A stretch of DNA of 63,121 nucleotides, filler included, from Hausera hauseri (GCA_046269625.1; 12 parts of 12 records of this genome joined end to end with filler, not necessarily neighbours in it), one strand, 5' to 3'. Positions 50,567 through 63,121 are shown, counted from the whole stretch's first letter. Translations and numbers: made by a program. The notes: a model not told the origin generated them from the letters alone.

Positions 50567-52164
50567 ATGTCTGAAAATAGAAGAAACCAATACAAGAATT
50601 GCGACCGGGATTATGAAGTTTGCATTTTTTTATTCTCGAAGTATTCTTTCATTTTGTTAGAACGAAAAAAGACTCCGTCAAGATCATTCAGTTGAATTGA
50701 GAAAAGCCAAGAAAGAAGAGCATTTGTTGAAAAGACGTAATATTGAATCGGACGATTTGGAAACAAGCCCAGTTAAAACTACAACAATTGCTGCTCCGTC
50801 ATCAATCGAAGCCGTTTGTCAACGAATGAAGAGTAATGTGTTAAAGGAGAAAGTCGATGCTGTTGTTGAATGTAGAAAGATGTTGTCCAAACAGCGAAAT
50901 CCTCCAATTGAAGAGTTCTATCAAAATGGGGCTGTACCACTTCTTGTGGATATATTCAAATCATCAGACGATGAAGTTTTGATTTTCGAAAGTGCATGGG
51001 CATTAACGAACATAGCATCCGGTGAAAGTAAGCACACAAAGGCTGTTATACAGGCTGGTGCAGCACCTCTGTTCATTAAAAAAATGAGTCATCCCAGCAA
51101 CCATATTTCTGAACAATGCATCTGGGCTGTGTCTAACGTTGTTGGTGACAGCGCAAATGATCGAGATTATGTACTCGAGTGTGGTATTATTCCGGTAGTT
51201 ATAACGATCACGAAACGTTTTTGGAGTAAAGCCGAAACTCTTGGGCAAGTCGCGTGGTTGGTGTCGAACATCTGCCGACATAAAACACCTAACTATCCAA
51301 CTTCTCAAATCATTCAATTGTTACCGATCATTAAGGAAATACTCCAAAAAGTTCAATTCGTACCTGCATTGACTGATATGTGTTGGGCACTCATGTACTC
51401 AACTGATGCCAGTAGCAGTATTATTAATGCAATTATTGATGGAGGTTTCATTCCGATTCTCATCACAAATCTTTCGTTATCTTTGGAAATTGTTGCACCG
51501 TCTTTGCGAACTCTAGGTAACATTGTGGCTGGTACCGATGTGCAGGCTGAGTTCGTTATTAATGGTGGTGTGTTTGGAGCGCTGAAACAACTTATGACTA
51601 AGGACAATAACAGAATTCAGAAAGAATGTTGTTGGGTTGTTAGTAACATTGTTGCTGGTACAGATGAGCAATTGAAAGCCGCTATTGACAGTGGAATCGT
51701 TCTTTGTGTGCTGGATGCCATGAAAAATGTAGGTTTTTCTTATTTGTTTTTCCTTAAAGTCTGAATTCTTTCTTTAGGCAGAATTTAAGACACAAAAAGA
51801 AGCCGCATGGGTCATTTGTAATATGGTCAACAACAAATCGGATTATCCAAAATCATATTTACTTAGTAACGACGTTTTCAGTGCTATGATGCCTCTACTC
51901 AATTTGGATGACACCAAAATTATTTGCATGATATTGGATGCCATTTATGATTTGTTTTCCGCAGCCGATAGCTACGGACAATTGGAACAGTGTGCTTACA
52001 TTTTTGAACAGTGTGGTGGTGTCGATATTTTGGAAACGTTGCAAAACCATGAGTCGGAGGATGTGTATAATAAGAGTTATGATTTGGTGAAGCAGTTTTT
52101 GAATGGTGAGGAAGATGTTGAGCAAGAAGCGCAACAAGCAAACGTAGGAGAATTTGCATTTTAG
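50567..52164 (+). CDS. Importin subunit alpha (karyopherin alpha), 3 exons: 50567-50617, 50661-51728, 51778-52164; about 501 aa
   Basis: IBB domain (RRNQYKN...VELRKAKKEEHLLKRRN); ARM repeats FESAWALTNIASG, EQCIWAVSNVVGD, KECCWVVSNIVAG, KTQKEAAWVICN. GT-AG introns of 43 and 49 bp keep the frame. Confidence 0.93.
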
Positions 52165-52889
52165 ATTATTGCTAAATAATAATATAATTGTTGAATGTTT
52201 ATTGCTTTTGTTCGTGAGGATGAATTCGTGATTTCGGTATCTTCTAATATGACACATTCATTTACAATCTCCTATTGACGTAGTTTTTCTCAATTTTGTT
52301 TTATTTGTCCTAGTATTGTTGATCTGTATATTTGATAAAAAAATATTCGGATGAAGGTTGAATGGCGGTCGACTGATCTGTCGAATATTAGGTAACTGGT
52401 TATTATAATACTTTGCAAAGTATGTTCAAGATACTGTCTGAAAATGGAAATAAACATTTGATGGGAGGAAAAATGAACAATTGCTACAAAATTTATGCCA
52501 ATTCCAATTGCAGATCGATGCGGAATGGTTTTAATTCAATGAACATAGCTGCCAGTTTCGTGCATCGAATTGACCCATAATTGACGACAACATTTGTGCA
52601 CTGAATTGTGAAGTAAGTCTTATCTAATTTCTCTTCAAATTTCGCCAAGAATCTATTACATTACTCGTTTTTTTTTCAGTGGGGTATGGTGTTATTATGC
52701 CGTAACATATTGTTATTTGTTTGCACAATTTCCCATGAAAGTGTACATTCAAACAATCCCTTTCATTAATCTGTCATAAACTTAAAACATGATATTTAAT
52801 TAAAAATAAAAATGAAGTGAACCCCGGTCCCTCCTACGGATAACAATAAAAATGAATAGGAAACACAATCATCGATGGCATTGATCTTC

Positions 52890-53252
52890 TATTTAGGAAA
52901 TGATGCTGTAATTTTTGAAGAGATTCGTTCATTGTTAATGGAGAAGGTCGAGACAGCCTTAGAACAACTTTGATAGCATCGTGGATAAATCACTACAAAC
53001 CAATAAAGTGTCTGTCATAAGTATCCCACTCCATATTACTAATAATCCCAGATTTCGATCAACTTTGAACAATCTGCGGCTGAGAAACCGGCAGCATAAC
53101 TATTAACAAGCTGCTCAGATTTGGTTTTGAAACGACGTATTTTATAAAGTGTTTCTAACGTTCTTTCGAAGTATGTAAATGTCATTATCGCATAAGGAAT
53201 TTGTCTACTCCACAAAGAAACAATACCCTCATAAAATACACGAAAACCATCC
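52890..53252 (-). pseudogene. SLC25A3: Mitochondrial phosphate carrier relic (C-terminal half, internally deleted; absent from the ORF track)
   Basis: Manual translation: DGFRVFYEGIVSLWSRQIPYAIMTFTYFERTLETLYK...KSEQLVNSYAAGF, then FIHDAIKVVLRLSRPSPLTMNESL. Confidence 0.75.
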
Positions 53253-54133
53253 NNNNNNNNNNNNNNNNNNNNNNNNNNNNNNNNNNNNNNNNNNNNNNNN
53301 NNNNNNNNNNNNNNNNNNNNNNNNNNNNNNNNNNNNNNNNNNNNNNNNNNNNNNNNNNNNNNNNNNNNNNNNNNNNNNNNNNNNNNNNNNNNNNNNNNNN
53401 TGAAAAGTAAATTGTTATTAAACCATGATGCCTATTTTGACCACAGCAGAGACTCCTTCAGACTCTGAGGGGGGTCCTGGAGCCCACATGGTGTTGATCT
53501 CTGTGTTAGCAGAGATCAAGAGAGGGAATTGAAGGAAATTGAACTGTTTAATTACATTTTGTCTTTTGTAAAATCACAGGTTATAATGTGCTCATAGCTT
53601 TCAAGATAAGTGATCAATCTCATATAATTTGACCTGGGTAATGACATGCTTAACGTGTCAGGCTGCCCCGGACAAACTGGCCTGATACATGTTTGAAGAT
53701 CAGGGTCAATGTCCAATCTCCTCAGCCACAGAGGACTGTGCAAATAGGAGGATACTAGGGAACCAATGGTATGGACCGAGGGCCACGTAAACAGGCTGAA
53801 ATCCAAACACCTGGTATGATTCTCAGAAATTACATAAGAGGAGGGCTTTGCTATAAAAAGGTTAGACTCACAAGAATTAGACGAGACGCTGTGGAACGAC
53901 TTAAAATGGAAGTATCGTTCTTCTAAGTGTTCTCCAGATTGCAATCTTATTGGTGGGTTATTGCATGTAATCTTTAATATATTCTGTGTTCATTTTCATA
54001 AAGGTTGTTTCCTGTTGATTCCTTCCGATTTACNNNNNNNNNNNNNNNNNNNNNNNNNNNNNNNNNNNNNNNNNNNNTTAATTAATTAANNNNNNNNNNN
54101 NNNNNNNNNNNNNNNNNNNNNNNNNNNNNNNNN

Positions 54134-56298
54134 GTCGATTTTACTTTGCTCCTTTTGTCCAGGCGAATTATCTGTCAAAGATAGCGTAACCGTTTTCAGT
54201 TCCGTGGGTATCATTATTTCAATTGATCGATTTTCTGTGAGGGGTAAATTCATCGTATGTATTTGCACTGAATAAATGGATCCATGTGTAACTTTACAAC
54301 AATCATTTTTATCTGTGGACATAGACGTACACATGCCCTTTGATTTTCTGTAAAGTGTTAGTGTTCCCCAATCTTTGTTTATAAATTTGTTGTTGTTTGT
54401 TTTATTCTGTTGGAAAGAAGAATTTATAAATAGACACTTATTTTTATAATTATACTGGATGAAGAGATTTCCTGATGTGGTTGCTTTGATATCCCATGGT
54501 TCTGTTTTCGGAATTCTTTTTAGATATTTGATGAAATCTGAAAATATATCCAATGATGTCTGATTAAACAAGTTTTTTTGTTATTTTCTGAGGGCTTATA
54601 GTTAGCTGTCTTAATGAATTCGGTATACAGCAAACTAATATACTCAATGGTAGAATCATTCGATAAGTTTTTTGGCCGTGTCTAATTCGCATTTGATAAG
54701 AGTTAAGGTATTTTCTAGTCCGTCGACATCGTCTGATACATAAAAACAGTGCTGGTTTTAATATAATTGTAATGACAAGATTGGGTACAATAATTAGTAC
54801 TAATTAGGACCTAAAGTCCTGACTTGCTGTTATATTGGGCAATCTATTTTTTGTCAATTTTTTGTTTTCAATAGTTATTGTTTATGGTTTTATGCGAAAG
54901 TTGTGACATTCTTTGCTGGTGGTTATATGTCACGAGGCTAATGTTCTTTGTTTGTGGGATAATCCGTAAGATTGGCGTATTATCTGTACCATGTAGAGGT
55001 ATTGAGGTTTGTGATCGTCACACTTGATGGATGTATTTGTAAGTGGGAAACAATTGACGGTATCGTCATCGAATTAGACCGTATAATTTTTGTTAGGAAG
55101 GTTAAATATAGCATATTTATCATATAGATGGAATGAAATATATAAAGGATTAAATCTAACTATCTTAATATGCTCGGTAAGTTGTATGCCATCATAGGAT
55201 GCACGCAGTGGTGAATTGAGGGTGTTAATATGGATATTGCTTATCCAAAATGTATCGGGACATGTAGATGGTAGTTGTAAGATCAGTAGTATTTGTCGGT
55301 CATTACCTGGAACACAGATCCTTGATGGTTCTAAGCTAGAATATTCTATAATATAATCCTCCTCGCTTGCCCGTTTCGCTGTGCAGGTTATTATATAAGA
55401 AGTATTTTTTATTCGAGGTATAATTTCTATGAATTCGATAAAATTTTCCACATCTGCATTTATTGACTGATCATATTCGGGTATCGGGCTGCATGGAATG
55501 TCGGTTGATTTATTATTACTTTCCTTAGTTAAATTTTGCATTTTGAATTTCGTTTTTATTAGTTTAATAGTTGTTATTTCCACGGATATCGTGACAAAAA
55601 TAGTTCTTCGCATAATAATATTATAACCTAATCCGTTTACTCTATTAGTCAGTTTCGATGCTTGGAACATTAAAGAGTATGTACGTCCTTGGGAAACATG
55701 ACAACATTTATTTTCTTTTAGTTCGGAATATGCGGTGCAAATGAGTCCATGCGATATAAACAATATTTGCTGCTTCTTGTTATTGTCTGTTTGGTTTATT
55801 TACGTAAGTTATTATCAAACATTTTTTCTCGAAATTATAATGAATGGAAAAAACCTTAAATGTGAATCGTTGATTATCTTTTAATTCGAATCTGGTATTT
55901 TCTGGTAATTTCGCATAATCTTGGAATATGGTTCGTACTCTTTGTTGACTTGGAGTAGCGGAAATTAGATTAAACTTTAGTGGAGGTACTGGATTTATTT
56001 GTGCCATTATACCAGGTATATACATTGGTAATATACATCGGGATTTATTTTTACATAAGGTTATACCCACTATGATGGTAAGGGTATTGACAATTATTAA
56101 TAGAACTTTCCCTTGATTTATTGGAATATGCTTATTAGTTTTTATTGATACTACATTTCTTGAACATAGTGGATTCATTTGCTTCTGCAAGTAACTCGAT
56201 TGTAAGGGTGGCTGTCTAGTATGATCGATGTAAGCGATTGCTGATTGTCTCACAGTTTCTGAGGATTTTATTGATGACTGCGCCGATACGTTCGTCAT
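54134..56298 (-). pseudogene. Cluster of unknown ORFs (55780-56298, 55074-55763, 54134-54571) sharing a duplicated Cys-containing domain
   Basis: IHYNFEKKCLII...CTAYSELKENKCCHVSQGRTYSL versus IQYNYKNKCLFI...CTSMSTDKNDCCKVTHGSIYSV. Confidence 0.45.
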
Positions 56299-56327
56299 GC
56301 ACCGAACTAAAATACACGAAAATATTA

Positions 56328-58414
56328 CTACTTCACTAAATGTGGTTTCATTCCTTGTTGGTTTATTGAGACACTTTCGGTATTTTGTTGGTTATCCATT
56401 TTAGCAGAGTTTTCATTTGTATTGGACTTTTTATTTGATGTGGAATTTAAATTATCTGGTTCGATAGGGTTTTCATTTGTAACAGACTCTGCTTTTTCTA
56501 TGGAATTGGATTTTACTATTTCAATAAAATTTTTGTTTGTAATTAATTCTGCTTTTGAGGTGGAATTTGAGATGAGCTGGCTTAGTTTTTTAATATTATT
56601 ATCCATTTTTCCCAAGATTTCTTATCTCTAACCTGGCCTATGAATATACTCTTCTTGTTCTTTAGGTGTTGGTTTATATCGGAGATTTGTTTATGCATTT
56701 TTGTAAGATATTGCAGATAGGGTATCGTAGTCACTGGAATCTCTTCAGCTGGCGAGCCTATGTAATAATCTAATAAATAACCTCTTTCATTTTGTATTAA
56801 GTCTACTTGGGTTAATCCTAAGTAAGTTGTGATTCTATTGATCCATCTGGTATAAATTACTTCTTTGGATATTACTCCGTATTTTAGAGCAAGCGTGACT
56901 ATTCTCGTGTCCCGTAGTTGTACTGATCGATGGCAAATTTCCATGGTATTTGCTAGTGTCAGGTTTATTGCTTCTTCATCAACTATTTTTATCCCTTTGG
57001 GCTGATCCTTGTTTCTGTTAAAACAGCGAAAGAGAACTTGTATCATGTACTGTCGAATTTCTTCTGTATCAAAATCGGGTGCCAGTATAAAATTATTGAT
57101 ATCGAAATGGTCTACAATTTGTTGTAGTAGGTTTTGTTGGTTGTATTCATTGAGGGTATGAAAGAAGTCCAAATATTGACTTTGAATCCACATAATAACG
57201 CCACACGATATGTCGCGATGACTCATTCCCAACTCCCACACAACTTGATATACCCACCTATTTATTTCGGAGGTTGATTCCGATAGAGTCTCTAGGCATT
57301 TATACAAAAGTTTGGTCCAAATAATTTCCATATGGGTTATTTTTGTCGATAGTATCTGTGTGTTTCGTACTTTATTTTTGCAACATTTTATATTTTGCAC
57401 ATCGGGGTCTTCTTCTGTTATCATCCCTCTTCTAATCAAGATGTCCAAATAATTATCACCACATCTTTTCATCATGTCATAGTAATCGAAATCAAGGCAT
57501 AATATAGGGTTACATGATCAATATCTCTCCATATCAAATAGGTAATTTAGCGCGGATTGTTTCTCCTTTGTAATTTCAAGATGTTCTTCCTCTATGCAAT
57601 GGATAAATAGTCTTTGCCATTCTCTTTTTATAGTTTGGTCTTTTTCCAGTTCTTTAATATTGTCACGGTACACACAGTGGTCAGGTTCATGTGTTTTTTG
57701 AGTTTGTCTTTGAATTCTACTCAATGTTACTTTTTTATCAGGTTTAGTTTCATCTAAAGATTAATTAAAACCTGTATTAAAATCACTAATTATTGTTTAG
57801 ATCATTCGCTCATATCTAGCGCACCTTGAATAACCTTGGAATTCCAACTTAGTATTATTAAAGGCTCTCATGCATGAATGCATTTGTATGTATTGCTACA
57901 TAGTTGGTTTATATATATTTATCTGATGTAATAAGCGGGTTGTCCAAATTTGATTTTGGTATTCTTCCTTATGGTAACCATGTCTATTGGCTAGGACGAT
58001 AATCTTCCTATCGTAATATTTACGTATTCTTAATCTATAGATGGCTTCATGGAACTGTCCTCTTTCATAAATTTTCTTTTCCATCTGTAGATATAGCGTA
58101 CTACTACCTATCATTATTCGTGTGTTATGTACATATTTATTTTGCCATTCTCTATCGAGATGTACTATTCCTAATGTCAGTTTATCCTTCAGATATCCAT
58201 CGTTAGTATTTCTACCTCGTGTTGCAGTTCTTCTAAAATTTGTATTTTTGATTTTATTAATGTCTTCTAATATTCTGTTTTCTCCATCACATCAGTGATA
58301 ACTTCAATCAATTCTATCGTAAGGGGTTCATCTTCTAATCCAGCTTCCCATAACAACCAATCCATCCATATATGCTTCTTGTCTTCCTCAGTATCGTTCC
58401 CAATGTTTTGCATT
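56328..58414 (-). pseudogene. Two tandem paralogous unknown genes (about 58414-57896 and 57724-56328), frameshifted
   Basis: WMDWLLWEAGL versus WVYQVVWELGM; DRKIIVLANRHG...IWTTRL versus DTRIVTLALKYG...RWINRI. Confidence 0.4.
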
Positions 58415-59059
58415 NNNNNNNNNNNNNNNNNNNNNNNNNNNNNNNNNNNNNNNNNNNNTTAATTAATTAANNNNNNNNNNNNNNNNNNNNNNNNNNNNNN
58501 NNNNNNNNNNNNNNATTTTTTGAGGCTGCTTTCTTCTACACAATAGCGTACATATAGGGGTTGCAAAGGGCCATATGCATCCCCAAGAATTTCTTCTCTA
58601 GTATTCAAAATCAGTAATTGTTGCTCTAATGGGAGCCGTTACAATTTTATAAAGGACCATGAACTTTTCTAGTATTTCTTGTTGAAACTCGAATGTATAC
58701 TAATTATTTTCTTTTTCGTATTTTGAATCGAAATACGCCTCGTTACCATTTGGACTCTCGGGCCCAAGTAATACAATTCCATTCGAACTTTTAGGACCTT
58801 TTGGTGGCTCATCAATTTGATAACAAATTTTATCATGGATGTTTTCCTTAATGTCAAACATTTCTGACGAAGGAATGGAACTACTACTATCACCACTTAC
58901 CATTGTCATGTCCTTAATATCATTAGTGGCATCGGTTAACTGATTTCCAGAAACTGTTCCGTTAGCAACGAAGGCCTCGTTAATTTTACTTTTTGCATAA
59001 AAGGCACTACGATAAAGACAACTTTTGTAATGAAGACAACTTTTGTGATATTTGCTTTG

Positions 59060-60672
59060 AACTGTTTGTAAATTTCGTTTTTCATAAACACCAGCAACTG
59101 CTTTTAGAAAAATCGTGTAGTCAGCCTGTGGCAGAACCACACCGAGAACAATTTGGAGATAATCCTTCTGAACAGATATTTCATGGAATAAAAACTTTGA
59201 AAGATTAACATATAAATTTGGTCGGAGAAGTATAATATTTTCATCTTCATTTGGGAATTTTAATTTTAAATTCCCGGCAGCTGATAGTATAGCTTTAATG
59301 GCTCGCATCCTGTAATCATAATGGAAATGGGATGACAACTGTTCCGAACATAACCTGTATGTCGTGACTATTTTTACGGCCAAACTACGAACATCCACAA
59401 AACTAAACGAATAAAGCGATATTTCTCCGATAATTACATAATCCGGGACCGTCATTGTCACTGGACGGAAGAGAACCTTCAAGTTATCTAGTAATTCTGA
59501 TCTCCCAGAACAACCAGGATTCATTGTAATACATACATAACAATTTGGATTTAATTGTAGCTTGGTATCTTCAAAAACAAACATTTCGACATTACCTTGT
59601 GCATCACGTACAACGCACAAAATTTATTGAGCATCTACACTCAAAACTTTCAATTCAATTCTACCAAATGCGTCGAAATATGCCCAATCACCAGTTGGGG
59701 CAAGATCTTCGAAAAACTTGCCCATGGCGATGTAATTCAATCCATCTGTACAGTTAAATACCATGCATTGTGCTGCCAAGGCTTTGGCTAATTCTTTTGT
59801 CGTCTCTGTCTTTCCAGTTTTAACAGGACCTCCAGGTGCACCGTTCAAATTAAGATGGCATGCACTGGTAAGTGTTCGATAACATCGATCTGCAGAGAGC
59901 GTTATATCAATTCGACAGGTATTTCCAAGGTATTTGTATTCGTATCGATCAGTGGCGTTCGTCAATCTTACCAAACAATCTTCCTCCTCCCAATAATAAC
60001 GAAGTTGTAATAGCCAATTAAATTCATTTTCGGATTCGACCGACTTTTCAAACATATCTTCGACAACGTCCTGAGCATGAACTTCAATAACAACAAGAAC
60101 TCCAAATGTCATTCGTTGTTGAGCATTCAATTTTACCCGAACCAACTTAACTATTTCGTTCATTTGCGTGTTGCATTTGTCATGGTACAATCTCGAAGCC
60201 GAAACAACGCCTCTCGTTGACATAAGCATGAAATCTTGGACTTGAAGTAGCCCTTTTTCAACTACACCTCGAACTTCTGAAGTTGATATAGTCTGGCTAA
60301 GTTTAATTTTTTCACTTTCACTAGAAAACATCATATGAATATCCTGTTGATTATTAAATTCCAATTTAACAACTCCTTCGAAACACTCTTTTAAACGCGG
60401 TTGTACTCTTAACGGATCCTTCATTTCTGATAATATTTCAAGCATTTCGCCGTTTGACAAGAAAAATCGTGGGAAATACAGTCGTTCTTTTTCAAATACG
60501 CACTGAGATCTTTATTTATTTTCTTCAAAAGACCATTACTATCATCAAATCTTTCCAGAATATTTGGCAAATCGGTTGCCTTCAACGCATTTGGATCGTG
60601 TACGGTATCTCGCATTATATCTTTCCAATTTCTGTCGATAGCCTCAAATAATCTACATTCCTGTGGCATCTG
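59060..60672 (-). pseudogene. Axonemal inner-arm dynein heavy chain fragment (DNAH3/7/12 group, closest to DNAH12 by eye): end of linker plus AAA1
   Basis: QMPQECRLF; FFLSNGEMLEILSEMKDPLRVQPRLKECFEG; WLLQLRYYW; GAPGGPVKTGKTETTKELAKALA (P-loop); VFNCTDGLNYIAMGKFF; ITMNPGCSGRSELLDNLKVLFR; CSEQLSSHFHYDYRMRA. Contains stops, frameshifts and deletions. Confidence 0.92.
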
Positions 60673-63121
60673 TGGTATCCTATGTTCGAATCCACCAACT
60701 TTATAGACGGCATCACTAAAAGCTAAATAATTAATATCATCCCGAATGCCAACGGGATGTCGAAATCTTTTGTAAAGAACAGCCAAATCGGATTCGGACA
60801 AACTGGCAGCCAGATCGAGTTCCATTAGAACTCGACGGAACTGATTCTGTGATATAGTCATTCGATGGTTGATATTGAAGTCGGCAAATAACGGATGGAG
60901 TTGGATTTGTTTTTGACGTACTAGGTCCACAATTAGCTTTATATCATACTCACAGGCTTGAGCTTCTTCGATAATAAGCGGATCTTGACAATATTTGGGA
61001 TCTGGTTTGTAGACTTGCGGTTCAATTAACGGATTTTTTTCAAGATGGGGTGTTGTGAAAATTGTTTCAATTTCGCTACAAAATGATTGATAGTCCACAG
61101 AATATGGAACCGGACCTTTGAATTTGTCTTCAATTAGGCTGACTTCAGTTTCCGGCAAATGAATGGTAGCAGTGTCAAGGGCTCGTCGAAATGTAACATT
61201 ATTAACGGTACCTTTTCTTAGTTTATCATGGTGTCTAAAGAAGTCGATCATTCTGAGACATCGCCGGAATACCTGAGCTGTAATTTTATCAATAACCGCT
61301 TCAGTATCCCTCAGAACATGTTCAACTTCCAAATTTCCCTTCTTTGAATTTACCTATCACAGATCGATCAAACGTTTTTCGTATCGATACTCAGGAGGTA
61401 TGGTAGGATCCAAATTCTCCAGAAATTCAAAATAATTGAAGTCCTCATCACTCGCAATTCGAGCTTGTATAATATCCATCTCTTCTTCATTCAATTTCAT
61501 ATTCATCACGGCCATTAGTTGACGATAATTTAGCAATGTGCAATGACCATGATTGAGTTTATCAAAAGCCTGAAATTCCGCCTTCACGAGCATCCTTCTC
61601 TCCATAACCTTTCGTCTCAAACGACCCATTGCAGTTTCGAAACGGTTTTTCATATCTTCTGTGGCATTACTCCAATCCATCGTTCCTGGTTTGGGCTGTA
61701 AAAACTCTTCACCCGGCAAAACAATAGCCCGTAGTCGAGTTTGTAAATTTGTTTCAGTGAAAACCGAGTCAACATCATTGACAAAGTCCATCCATCGAAT
61801 GAATAGCGGATTTTTTTGGATCTCCGTAATAGTCGGCGATTGTTTTGAATTGAGACGGTGTTAAGTCATGTTGACGAATCTTGCTGAGTCCAACAGAACT
61901 CAAGCATCTGTAAAATTGACATTCTGTAAGTGTTCCATGTCGTAGATCATCAAAATCTTCGAAAAATGGCTTAATTCGAATTCGATTGGTGAAAACCAAA
62001 TGTCGAATACGAGACATTAAAACATCAGTTGGCAGGTTATCTCCTTCTGTTTTACCAACCGGCGTAACTAATGTCTTCCAGTCTTTTCCTTCGAGCATAA
62101 CTGGAGGTAACGCTTCTTCCTCAACAATATGTGCCACGTAATTCGGATCAATCAATTGAGCGAATGCTGAATAGTTCACTTCTCCGGTTGTCGGATCAAC
62201 GAATTTTTTGGCTAAAAGTCTCGCATCTTCGGTTGTGACATCCAAGTCAAGGATGTGTGAAGTTCGTGAAATTTGATTAGAGGTAACGAGTTGGGTATAC
62301 GCAGTACTCATATCATAATCCTTGAAGAACGGAGTCACATCCAATCTACGTTGTTTAACAACTTCCCTCATTTCATTCAAAATGTTAGATACTTTCTTCT
62401 CATCATCCAATGGAAGCATTTGCAATGCTCGGGATAATGTTTCATTCGCAGAATATGGAACCTCTTTCAACGGATCTTTTTCCAAATGAAGAACATGGAA
62501 TGGACTATCCATATTGTAACAGAAGTCTCTATAGGCAATATTTCCATCCGGTCGTCGATAGTAATTTGCCAATCTCTGTATTTCTCATCGTCCAAGACCG
62601 CACTCTTTCCCAATGGCCAAACTCATTGCACAAACGTATTGATTCTCCGTGACAGAATCATGTTTCAATTTGTCGTAGTCCACAAAGAAATCCATAAGTC
62701 GAATACCACGTTTCATAATCGTAAATCGAATTCGATCTTCAATCATTTGCACAAGTGGACTATCACAACGTTCTTGTGGAAGCATCGATTTGTCATCTTT
62801 CATTGGGATTTCTTTTCGTTCTTCTTGACTCTTTCTAATTTATGCGATAGCCACCAGTTCGTTATGCAGATTTAAATAATTTATTCGAGTTGGATTTTCT
62901 GGATTTCGATATTTCCTGACGAGTAATGTCAATTCCGTGTCAGTGATATCTTTTGGTCCTGGAAATGTTCGATAAAATTGAGTTTCAGTTATCAATCCAA
63001 TTTTGTGGATATCGAAATCTCTGTACGAATTTCGAATAGTAATACCATAATAATCATAGAATTGGTTCATTCGCTGTAGAATGGGTAACAATCTTGATTC
63101 GGATTCTGTACTTAATGGTCG
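60673..63121 (-). pseudogene. Multi-EF-hand repeat protein (ciliary EFCAB/CFAP115-like), with stops and frameshifts
   Basis: Repeated unit R-I/L-xx-FF-x-D-Y/F-D-xxxx-G-x-I/V-T-xx-QF-x-R...INY-xx-F, e.g. RIRIKPFFEDFDDLRHGTLTECQFYRCL, IRLMDFFVDYDKLKHDSVTENQY, YRDFDIHKIGLITETQFYR. Confidence 0.7.

Noticed and set aside
53552-53944. 130-aa ORF after the N gap
   Set aside because: No motif and a non-ATG start. The composition differs from the importin side of the gap, so it is probably non-coding DNA scaffolded from another source.
58515-63121. Alternative genetic code (stop-codon reassignment) explaining the in-frame stops
   Set aside because: Different stop types occur together with frameshifts and damaged conserved motifs, while importin-alpha and crn read normally in the standard code.

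Overview
This window is not one locus. It is 12 unrelated contigs joined by an artificial 100-bp spacer (44 N + TTAATTAATTAA + 44 N, giving stops in all six frames). At least three sources are mixed: (i) a divergent, AT-rich eukaryote with 43-49-bp introns (importin-alpha, crooked-neck, and many decayed gene copies: ValRS, an axonemal dynein fused to an EF-hand protein, SLC25A3, a kinase); (ii) vertebrate, probably teleost, DNA (four plexin-A2 exons); and (iii) a bacterium (sufD-sufS-sufU-nifU/nfu-thiH). The rest is mobile or repetitive: a 13-bp and a 147-bp satellite, decayed Polinton/Maverick (adintovirus-like) genes, and a Gypsy integrase relic. Three segments stand out. Contig 1 is a circularly assembled, single-LTR Gypsy derivative. 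Its one intact 540-aa ORF keeps a coiled coil, CCHC knuckle, protease and integrase C-terminal GPY/F module, but lacks a recognisable capsid domain, integrase core, RT and RNase H; it also has a triplicated LTR-end/PBS unit and complementary 5' and 3' UTR segments. Contig 4 looks like the 3' end of an LTR element carrying a catalytically dead DEDDh exonuclease-fold protein behind a splice acceptor. Contig 11 is an array of unrecognised ORFs with internally duplicated domains. All family assignments come from motif recognition by eye; no database searches were run.
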